Positions 49,618 to 57,933 of a stretch of 64,000 nt of DNA are shown piece after piece. Position numbers and translations under genes: made by a program. Position 1 is the first letter of the stretch. Each line of letters opens with the position of its first letter. Source of the DNA: Nitrospirota bacterium (GTDB lineage Bacteria; Nitrospirota; UBA9217); the NCBI GenBank assembly GCA_963737155.1, contig CAVTRN010000001.1, positions 1 to 64,000 of the forward strand, written 5' to 3'. The notes below the pieces were generated by a model. The model worked only from the letters and a program-made list of their open reading frames with translations. It did no database searches and was not told where the DNA came from.

Positions 49618-50994
49618 TTATGGTTTGTATAACGGCACCTCTGATCTTTTATTTATACTATTTCCGAAACTTGACCCAAACGACTGCTGAGCTTCGATAA
49701 CAATGGTGTGGCTAAGTGGTCGGCGAACAGATTCTGGTGTAACACCAGCTTTCAAAGCATGCATGACACCGACCGCTTCAAGATAATTTTCCACAATAAA
49801 GAGTTTGCCCGGTGCAAACGGCAAAGCATCCAATCTGTTCTTCATGCGGTTCTTATTTTCTCTGACTGCTATTATCGGTATCCCCTGCTCCAGAGCAGCT
49901 AAAGTCGGAAGGCCGATGCATCCATCTGGAATAACAAGACAAGATATATCTGTCGAGCTCAAGACCCCCGCGCGTCCAAAATCCGCCGGATTCGTCACTA
50001 GCCTGGGGCTCTTATGAAGCCCCTTGAGGATGCAATGCAAAAAAGTCAACGAGATTGCTTCAGCGGCTTTTCTGGGCTCGACAATTCCTAAGTCGAGATT
50101 CATAATGTCCTTCGATTCCATCATAGGTGAATGGGCCGATGGGGTATTAAACAACATGGAAATTGCATGAGTCAGCATTGCTTCTACCCCACCCCACGGG
50201 TTTATTGTCTCTTCAGAAAAATATTTTAGATGGGTAGTGTTGGTTAAATTTATAAGCGATGATATGGCGACGGCATCATACTGAGAACGGTATTCGGTCA
50301 GAAGTTCACATAACCGCTCAAGATATTCTATCCGCCCGACAGCTCTCCCCGAGCTTGAAACGAGGGCATCCATCTGGATTGTTTCTTCCATCTTTACAAC
50401 TAAGGGACAATCCAATCCCATGGACGCACGTACAGCAGAGACTGAGTTTACCGTGGCCTCACAGAAATACTCGTCTTCATGTTTGTCCATAACAAGCATT
50501 ATCCTGTTTGATCTTACTTTCTGCAGGCCCACTGTTCCCATCAGTATACGTGCTATGATGCTGCCTTCCACGTAGAGCCCATTTTCCGGCAGTTCATTGA
50601 TGTCGGACGCATTAACCACGTTCGGATGAGTTATGAGTGAATCGCATGCCGAGGCCAGGAGCCGCGCCACAGGGCCTCCATCTCCGGAATGGCCGCCAAT
50701 CTCTGCATCTATGCCGGTGGGGATGAGCAAAACAGTATTGAAGTGGTCAGAATTCTCATAGCTTCTCCGGTTAAATTCAAAGATGGAACTCTGCGACGGC
50801 ACAAAGTTGTAATGGACATCGGACATGACTCCGAGCTCACAATGATACCCCGTGTTGTCAGTCTGCGTAACAACAAAGCGAACCGGTATTTTCCCAAGAG
50901 GGATCTGCTTTAATACCTCATTTGAAAGATATGACAATATCCCTTCATGATTGTGGTTATTAGGTATGGCAACTTCCTGCTCATAAAGTAACAT
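49618..50994 (-). CDS. DUF3326 family protein
   Basis: IPTGI.AEIGGH.GD, LITHPNVVNASD, YVEG, NPWGGVEA.LTH, AHSP, PRKAAE; GGAG-ATG overlapping nspC stop. Confidence 0.85.
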   Translation of the reverse strand: MLLYEQEVAIPNNHNHEGILSYLSNEVLKQIPLGKIPVRFVVTQTDNTGYHCELGVMSDVHYNFVPSQSSIFEFNRRSYENSDHFNTVLLIPTGIDAEIGGHSGDGGPVARLLASACDSLITHPNVVNASDINELPENGLYVEGSIIARILMGTVGLQKVRSNRIMLVMDKHEDEYFCEATVNSVSAVRASMGLDCPLVVKMEETIQMDALVSSSGRAVGRIEYLERLCELLTEYRSQYDAVAISSLINLTNTTHLKYFSEETINPWGGVEAMLTHAISMLFNTPSAHSPMMESKDIMNLDLGIVEPRKAAEAISLTFLHCILKGLHKSPRLVTNPADFGRAGVLSSTDISCLVIPDGCIGLPTLAALEQGIPIIAVRENKNRMKNRLDALPFAPGKLFIVENYLEAVGVMHALKAGVTPESVRRPLSHTIVIEAQQSFGSSFGNSINKRSEVPLYKP

Positions 50995-52171
50995 TTTTAA
51001 TCTCTCCGCATCGTGAAATGAAATCCTCGTAACCAAATTCCTTTTTTAATTCCAAATGCCCGTCCTGCGTATACGCATAGATCGAGGGCAAATTGACACC
51101 GTTGAACATGTGCGCCTTTACCATAGTATAGGCCCCCATATATTGAAAGACAATCCGGGAACCTAATTCGAGCGGTTCCGCAAATCTATATGTGCCGAAG
51201 ACATCACCTGCAAGGCATGTGCAACCCGCAAGGATATACTCGTGTGGTCCATCGGATGATTCCTGCATGATTTCGGGCCGATACTGATACTCGAATATCT
51301 CCGGCATATGGTTAACAGTAGTATCGAGAACGGCTACTTTTTTTCCATCGCTCTCGAAAATATCGATAACGCTCGATACAATATATCCCGCCTCTTCAAC
51401 TACACCTTGGCCGGGCTCGATAAAAACATCGAGTTTGTATTTATCCTTTATGAGCCCTATGGCCGCGTAAAAGTCGGCCGGATCGGCCTCGTTGAACAGA
51501 TATCCTCCCCCCAGATTGATCCAGGAGATGTCAGACAAAAGACGGGGGATTTGGCGATCCAAATACTTCACGGTTGCGAGCAACGGCCCATAGGTTTCGG
51601 AGTTGCTATTCGTGTGGAAGTGAATACCTTGTATTTCGCTGCAAAGCCGCTTATTCTTTTCAAGAGCTTTTTGGAGTTGTGTTAGCGGAACTCCAAGCTT
51701 GGAATGTTTTCTGCAAGGGTTATATCGTTTGTCTTCAACAAAAGACAGTTGAGGATTGATTCTTAATCCACAGCTTGCTTGCACAGATGCCTGCCTCGAA
51801 AACCGTTCCCACTGGGAGAGCGAGTTGAAACTGATGTTGTCGGCTACTCCAGTAATATCCTCTATTTCGCAAGGCTTATATCCGGGTGTTACCATGTGAA
51901 CAGTTCCGGAAGAACCAAGAACCTCTCTTGCTAGTTTTGCCTCAAACAGGGAGCTTACCGAAAAACCATTTAAGTGAGGAACCATCAAGGGCAGCGCATC
52001 ATAGACAGCAAAGGACTTTAATGAAAAAAACACCTTGCAGCCAGCTTTCAGATTATCCGCTTTTAGCATCTCTAGTGATTGAATGATAGTTTGTTCATGA
52101 TATATGAATGCCGGCGTCTGTTTGATGCCCGAATATATTGAAATGTTTTTTTTCGTTATTCCGTTGTACAT
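50981..52171 (-). CDS. nspC: Carboxynorspermidine decarboxylase-like PLP enzyme
   Basis: TPAF, SLKSF (PLP Lys), RINP, SKLGV, HFH, NLGGG, EPG, TCLAGDVFG, YTMVK..FNG. Confidence 0.85.
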   Translation of the reverse strand: MYNGITKKNISIYSGIKQTPAFIYHEQTIIQSLEMLKADNLKAGCKVFFSLKSFAVYDALPLMVPHLNGFSVSSLFEAKLAREVLGSSGTVHMVTPGYKPCEIEDITGVADNISFNSLSQWERFSRQASVQASCGLRINPQLSFVEDKRYNPCRKHSKLGVPLTQLQKALEKNKRLCSEIQGIHFHTNSNSETYGPLLATVKYLDRQIPRLLSDISWINLGGGYLFNEADPADFYAAIGLIKDKYKLDVFIEPGQGVVEEAGYIVSSVIDIFESDGKKVAVLDTTVNHMPEIFEYQYRPEIMQESSDGPHEYILAGCTCLAGDVFGTYRFAEPLELGSRIVFQYMGAYTMVKAHMFNGVNLPSIYAYTQDGHLELKKEFGYEDFISRCGEIKNVTL

Positions 52172-52906
52172 TTAGGCACCCTTCGGTATAGATATGTTAA
52201 AAGGAGGCCCATCCAACTTCTTAAATCTGCAAAAAGCTCTCGCGACTGCAGCAAATTCGTGATTTGCAGCCATGAGCGTGCTAAATATGTTTTTCTTATT
52301 TGTTAAGATACCTTGTTGCGCATTATGATATGCATGCAATAAAGCAAAATATTCTGAAAGAAGCTCTTCAACGATAAAAGTTCTGTGCCTTTTTGTATAG
52401 AACGGTGCATGCAATTTAACAATATCAATTGTAAGTCGCCCCATTTTACTGCTATTCTTCGCTTTAGGAATACCTAGCTCCTCGAAATTTGACTCATCCA
52501 CAATAAAGTCAATGTGGTCTTCTGGATCTATTTTAGGATCACTTGGATCAATTAAAAGAGTTTTCCCCCTCTTAGAAGAGCTTTTTTTTAAATAAACAAC
52601 TTTGGGATTATTGCTATCATTTGTCAGTTCAACTGGAAATTTGTCGGATTTACTTCCATTACACTGAGCACATGCTAACAAAAGATTCTTCCAATCGTTC
52701 TTTAAAAATTTAAAAATAGACTTCGGCTGAAAATGCTCGACTGCTTTTGAATGGCCCTCGTCTGGGATTAACTGTTCACAATAACAGCACTTCCCTTTCT
52801 GCATTTGCCAAAGGGTTTTTACAACTTTTTGCTTGTTGTAATGAGTCCCCTTCTGCGGAGAATTTTTCAAAATATCAGGCGCCAGAGCCCGGTTAACTTT
52901 TATCAT
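52172..52906 (-). CDS. ptuB: HNH endonuclease, Septu PtuB-like
   Basis: KCCYCE, VEHFQPKS, W.NLLLAC..CN..K.DKFP, LIDP. Confidence 0.85.
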   Translation of the reverse strand: MIKVNRALAPDILKNSPQKGTHYNKQKVVKTLWQMQKGKCCYCEQLIPDEGHSKAVEHFQPKSIFKFLKNDWKNLLLACAQCNGSKSDKFPVELTNDSNNPKVVYLKKSSSKRGKTLLIDPSDPKIDPEDHIDFIVDESNFEELGIPKAKNSSKMGRLTIDIVKLHAPFYTKRHRTFIVEELLSEYFALLHAYHNAQQGILTNKKNIFSTLMAANHEFAAVARAFCRFKKLDGPPFNISIPKGA

Positions 52907-54203
52907 TGAATATTTTTTGTTCTAATGTTTTGATGTTTTCCCGCATTGCTGTATATATATCTGCCTGCACATCTCTTACGAATTCCGTATCGCCAGTCGG
53001 CTGTATTGCGTTCCTTAAATATTCTTTTATCTCGTTATATTTTCTATTTTCTTTTGCCGTACGCTTTTTCCCTTTGCCAGCCAATTCCGATATTTCTTTC
53101 AATACATTTTCCAACTCCTCATCAGTTTTTACCAAATGCCCAAATGGTTTAGAAGCCAGTAGTTGATCATATTGTAATCCTTTGAACCCGATAATTTCTT
53201 TTTCACTAAAAATATAGTCTTGAATTTTGCTCTGTTCTGGTACAAAAGAGAAATGTATAACCTTTGATCCACTAAATTTGGATCCCTTGGGCTTGACTAA
53301 TTGGCCAATACTGCCTACGATCAATGGCGAGTGAGAAGTTGTAATGAATTGCACATTGGGGAAAGCCTCTCGTAACCTATGAACAATATTTCTCTGCAAT
53401 TTAGGATGTAAATGCAATTCGACTTCATCAAGCAAAATAATTCCACTAATATTCTTCGGATTGCTTTCTTTCTGACGCCGCCCTGCGTGGTAGATTTGCC
53501 AGCCGATGAAATCCAATAGCCATGTGAATGTTGTGCGGTATCCATCCCCGAAGTCTTCAAGAAAAACGTCTCCCTTGGGGGTTTTGACAACAATGCCATT
53601 AGGTGAGCTGTCTAAAATAATATTTTGTTTCGATGTATTAAAGATGTCAAGCATTAAAATGCTTTCGATTAATTTCAGCAATTGATGCTGTCGTTTCTTA
53701 TTCTGTCTATTTAATATTAATTCAGGATTCTGCAAGGATGACGCATAATTGAACATGGTATATACAGCTTCTAATATAGAATAATCGCTAAAGCTGTTAT
53801 CACCCGGGATCGATCTCTGAATTCCATACCCACAAACAAAAACTTTACGTCTGAGATCTTTCCCCCTTATCACATTCTGATAGATTGTTTCAAAACCTTT
53901 TTTACTTTCCAAAACAGTTTCTATGATTAGTGATTTTTTTGTTTTAGGATCGAAAAGAGTGATTTTGATTATTCCTCTTCTCGATAAGTCTCTAATGAAG
54001 CTGCCATATAATTCTTTCATGAGCGCTGCACCGCTCAACTCGTCGCAAAGACCTATTGCAATACAGCGCAAGAAACATGTCTTTCCAGATGCATTGTCGC
54101 CAAGAATAGTATTCCACCGCGCGGGAATGCCACCATTTTCGAATGAAATCTTTATCTCATCGAAACATCTAATATTCTTTATGTAGACTTTGGAAATATA
54201 CAT
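52893..54203 (-). CDS. ptuA: ABC/AAA_21 ATPase, Septu PtuA-like
   Basis: GDNASGKT, YG.QR, FGDGY, ILLDEVELHLHPKLQ, QFITTSHSP. Confidence 0.85.
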   Translation of the reverse strand: MYISKVYIKNIRCFDEIKISFENGGIPARWNTILGDNASGKTCFLRCIAIGLCDELSGAALMKELYGSFIRDLSRRGIIKITLFDPKTKKSLIIETVLESKKGFETIYQNVIRGKDLRRKVFVCGYGIQRSIPGDNSFSDYSILEAVYTMFNYASSLQNPELILNRQNKKRQHQLLKLIESILMLDIFNTSKQNIILDSSPNGIVVKTPKGDVFLEDFGDGYRTTFTWLLDFIGWQIYHAGRRQKESNPKNISGIILLDEVELHLHPKLQRNIVHRLREAFPNVQFITTSHSPLIVGSIGQLVKPKGSKFSGSKVIHFSFVPEQSKIQDYIFSEKEIIGFKGLQYDQLLASKPFGHLVKTDEELENVLKEISELAGKGKKRTAKENRKYNEIKEYLRNAIQPTGDTEFVRDVQADIYTAMRENIKTLEQKIFNDKS

Positions 54204-54434
54204 ATTTAAAAAATTGTTGTTATTTAATCTACTAACTTCGCTTAGCACTCTAAGCTAAGCAGATTTATAAGGTAAGTTAACGCATTTTCTGATATTATTG
54301 TTGTAAAAAAATGAGCGAAGAAGTACTAATAGAAAAAGACTATATCATGGTTGAAGAAGAAAATGCAAGCGGATTTGCTCCTGCACATTGCGGTATCCTG
54401 GCTTATTAATGTCTTTACTCAATGAGGTGCGAGA

Positions 54435-55619
54435 ATGCCGAAGAAGGTCAGCATCGTCACAGGGCCAATAGTTGGCCTTCGCTCTACAAAATTTATTGAA
54501 GAAACTACTGCGTTTGCGAAGACTGCCGGCGAAAAAGTCGTTCATTTCAACTTATTCAGCGAAATACTCGATCATTGTGGCATCGTAGCCCGTAATGCTT
54601 ATGAAGAGATTCTGCATATTGGCAATCTGTTCAACGGCTATGAATATCAATTCAGGTGCATGCGCGAAAAAGCTTATCTGTCTCTTGCCAGAAAGATTGA
54701 TCGCCTGGGGAAGGACGTCAGTGTCATTATCAGGACTCCCGCGTCGATAGAATGGCGGGGATACAACTTGATTCTGAAGGACCACCGGATTATTGCGGAA
54801 GCAATAATGCCGGACCTGATTGTAACCCTTATAAACGCCGAATGGAAAATAAAAGATCATTTAGCAGGGAATTATGGCAAGCATGTTTTAAAAGTGATTG
54901 CACAGCAAAAGGAACTGACAGTCCCCAAAATACTGGAGTGGCTGGCTTCTGAAGTATCGGCCAGCGAAGACTGGGCTGAGTGGGCAAGTCACCTGACGAA
55001 AAAGAAAGTGAAACACATCGTTTTCGGAATGGAAACGCCAGGCTACAAGGACAGAAAGAAATATGTTCGCGATGTTGAAGGCCTCGCGAAGCTGGTAACG
55101 CAGAAAGATGTTCCCACTTTTTACACATCGTATTCCATGACCGTAGCGACTGAACCTGTAAGAAAGAAAATAAACGACGTTATCTGGAAGCTGCGAGCAT
55201 ACGGCGTAGTCATTGATCCTGCATCGATAGAACTCGGGACCAATGTCGACAAAGAACACGAGAATATAGTTTTCGCCTATACCATTTGCAGAGACCTGCG
55301 ATGGGATGTGCAAAAGGTTGACGCAGTGGTTGCCATCCACCCTTATGATGAAATGCCGCCACTCAGTACGGGCATGATGGACGAACTCGGTCATGCCCGC
55401 GCGTATGGGAAAGACAGATATTTAATACTTCCAAAAGGTGGAGGTAGCCCATTCACGCGAGATAATTACGTGCCTGCCAACCATGTCTTTAAGACAGAGG
55501 CAGAGTTCTTTAATTTTGCGGAAAATAAACGGAGACCTACGCTCAAACCCAAGTACGAAAAGTTCCAGAAAGCATTTGCGACCTGGCAGACAAAACATGC
55601 GAAAAAAGATCAAAAATAA
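54435..55619 (+). CDS. Nucleotide-kinase-like (archaeal AdkA-type, degenerate P-loop) + nucleoside 2-deoxyribosyltransferase-like fusion
   Basis: IVTGPIVGL..., IIRTPAS, PDLIVTLI; C-half YTSYSMT, RDL..VQKVD.VVA, STG...EL..A...GK, SPF. Confidence 0.6.
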   Translation: MPKKVSIVTGPIVGLRSTKFIEETTAFAKTAGEKVVHFNLFSEILDHCGIVARNAYEEILHIGNLFNGYEYQFRCMREKAYLSLARKIDRLGKDVSVIIRTPASIEWRGYNLILKDHRIIAEAIMPDLIVTLINAEWKIKDHLAGNYGKHVLKVIAQQKELTVPKILEWLASEVSASEDWAEWASHLTKKKVKHIVFGMETPGYKDRKKYVRDVEGLAKLVTQKDVPTFYTSYSMTVATEPVRKKINDVIWKLRAYGVVIDPASIELGTNVDKEHENIVFAYTICRDLRWDVQKVDAVVAIHPYDEMPPLSTGMMDELGHARAYGKDRYLILPKGGGSPFTRDNYVPANHVFKTEAEFFNFAENKRRPTLKPKYEKFQKAFATWQTKHAKKDQK

Positions 55620-55633
55620 TTACGGGAGGCATC

Positions 55634-56359
55634 ATGCAGAGATTACTTGTAAGCGTTCGGGGACCGCAGGAAGCAATTGCAGCTATTAAAGGGGGGGCTC
55701 ACATAGCTGATGTCGAATATCCTGCTTCTGCTCTTGGGACCCCATATCCGCTCAATATCCTCACTGTTCGCAATAGGCTGAACAAGGCCGGATATAAGAG
55801 GATACCGGTGTCAACCAATATTGGTGAGGTACCGGGTGTGCGTGCTTCATCTTGCCAGGCGGCCTTGGGCGTAGCAACTGCGGGGGCTGATATCATCAAG
55901 TGCGGCATGGCCGAACTACCGTATGATGCTGCGGTTTATCTCGGCAATCTTATGGTCCGGACCATCAAGAAATTCTATCCGAGAAAAAAAGTTGTGACTG
56001 CCGTGTTCGTCGATGACGACATGAGAAGATACTTTGACCCCTTTGCCGAAGGGATAGCGTTGGTGAAAGAGATCAATGCAGATGGCATCCTTATCGATAC
56101 TTTCAATAAATCGATCGAGAAAGGACTTCTGGATTACTGTATAAAGAAGGATTTGAGAACACTTGCTAAAAAGTGTCACAGGGCTGGGAAGGAAGCCTGG
56201 ATTGCGGGCTCCATTACAAGGGAAGATTTACCGGACCTATGGGCTACGGGCGTTGATGTAATTTGCGTCAGAGGCGCTGCTTGTGAGAAGACAGGAAAAG
56301 GGCGATTTGGCGAAGTTAAGGCAAAAATCGTTAAGGATCTTGTTTCGACCTGTCTATAA
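55634..56359 (+). CDS. mfnB: MfnB/DUF556-family TIM-barrel aldolase-like protein (variant active site)
   Basis: LLVSV...EA..A..GGAHIADV, VSTNIG, GADIIKCG, LIDTFNK, AGS, CVRGAAC. Confidence 0.8.
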   Translation: MQRLLVSVRGPQEAIAAIKGGAHIADVEYPASALGTPYPLNILTVRNRLNKAGYKRIPVSTNIGEVPGVRASSCQAALGVATAGADIIKCGMAELPYDAAVYLGNLMVRTIKKFYPRKKVVTAVFVDDDMRRYFDPFAEGIALVKEINADGILIDTFNKSIEKGLLDYCIKKDLRTLAKKCHRAGKEAWIAGSITREDLPDLWATGVDVICVRGAACEKTGKGRFGEVKAKIVKDLVSTCL

Positions 56360-56446
56360 CCATAGCGGGATTGGGAAGATTGCCTGATAAGATAAATTGC
56401 AATGTTTATCCCTTTATTCTCTCATCACGATTGGCTTTTCGGGCTC

Positions 56447-57481
56447 CTAAAGACCAAAGGCCCGTAAATCATTCTTCACTGCTTCGACACCACTCCAGTC
56501 CGAGATTCGTCGGCGAAACATATAATAGCATGGGGAATCAGGCCATGAAAGCTGCATTGCAGCCTTGAGTGCATCTGCTGGTCGCGCCTGAAGTAGAAGT
56601 TGCTCTGAGGCAGGCGGGATTTCTCTTGGAATTGTGTCCCAAATCGCTGAATCTTTAGAGGTGAGCCCGGCACGTACGCATGCACAAAGCTGTTTCGGAT
56701 GGCTGTAGCTACGCCTTCCGCGCGCCACTGTCGCAGGAAATAGATCGCCTAAAACACTAACGACAGATATATAAGAGCGAAGGACTGAATCGGCAATTAC
56801 ACTGGCCGAGGGACGGATGTCCCGTAGCGTACACCAGTGCTCCCATGACTTCCCCCCGTTTCTCTGACTATCTATAGGTTGATCGAACTGCTGGCGTTGC
56901 CATCCGTTGAACCGGTAGGCGTCGTCATTGGCTCCGCGTGCTGATATATGGCCTATCGAAGTTCCTTCAACAAACCCAAGCAATTTCGATCCCTGAAGAA
57001 GCACCCGTGCCGCTGGTGAGGCTAGAGGATGCGTCGAGGCCTGTCCTTCGGATTCTACTGTCAGAGATGAAAAATATTGGTCAAGAGTGGGGTTATAAGA
57101 GATTTCAATCCATAACAGACGACCATCGGTCGCTTGCCGAACTCCACCGGCTGCAACTACGTGGCATGAAATGTGCCAAGCTCCATTGTCACCTGAGGCA
57201 CCAGGGCCCAAATCCGCCCCATTAATAATTGTCCGATCAAGCCACATACGCCGAATTGCTTCGAGGTTCTCATCGCTATCGGATAAACTTCCTCCCTCTT
57301 CAATTTGAAAGCCGAAAATGCCGCGTTGCATAGTCGCCTCCTGGCGAACCTCAGAAAACAAGGCATTTCGAGTTGTTTCTTTGTCCTTCTTGCGCTGCCA
57401 ATAAATGCGCCCTACGACTACGGCTGTCCCAATCAAAGCGGCAATGAGCACTGCATTTATAATTAGCTGCAGGACTGTCAT
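56447..57481 (-). CDS. Hypothetical protein with N-terminal TM anchor
   Basis: AAGGA RBS, 344 aa. Confidence 0.65.
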   Translation of the reverse strand: MTVLQLIINAVLIAALIGTAVVVGRIYWQRKKDKETTRNALFSEVRQEATMQRGIFGFQIEEGGSLSDSDENLEAIRRMWLDRTIINGADLGPGASGDNGAWHISCHVVAAGGVRQATDGRLLWIEISYNPTLDQYFSSLTVESEGQASTHPLASPAARVLLQGSKLLGFVEGTSIGHISARGANDDAYRFNGWQRQQFDQPIDSQRNGGKSWEHWCTLRDIRPSASVIADSVLRSYISVVSVLGDLFPATVARGRRSYSHPKQLCACVRAGLTSKDSAIWDTIPREIPPASEQLLLQARPADALKAAMQLSWPDSPCYYMFRRRISDWSGVEAVKNDLRAFGL

Positions 57482-57933
57482 ACATCCTTTCTACGTGATG
57501 ATTCGTGCTTCTCCCGATGAGGCGTGAATCCCGGATTTTGAATAAAACGACAAGGAAAATATATTAATTGTCAAGGCGGATTTCGGATTAACGAGCGCCC
57601 CTATGAGACCGCTCAATAGATTAGATTAATAAAGAGGATTGAGTTGTTTCATCTGGTGGCACAAGATTACCTTCCTAAATTGTTTTAAATATGCTCGAAT
57701 TCATGGCATATTTCAGCAACGCTCCTACGCACGATTTCTACTTGTACCATGCATTCAATTAACCAATACAAAGATTTGTAGTTCAGTAAGATCGTTTGGT
57801 TGAAATTATCAACCAGTAGTTCAGTATTCTTTTCTCCGGCCGGTATCGCGGCCACCTACTAATGCACAATCACACCAAGGAAAAAAAACATGTCAAATAT
57901 CAATCGAAACATGTTGAACATTCGCGGGAGATA

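Noticed and set aside
52172-54430. Retron (Ec78-type) call for PtuAB
   Set aside because: No reverse transcriptase or msr-msd inverted repeats found nearby.
55634-56359. Methanofuran biosynthesis pathway
   Set aside because: Only an mfnB homolog is present and it lacks the DVK lysine.
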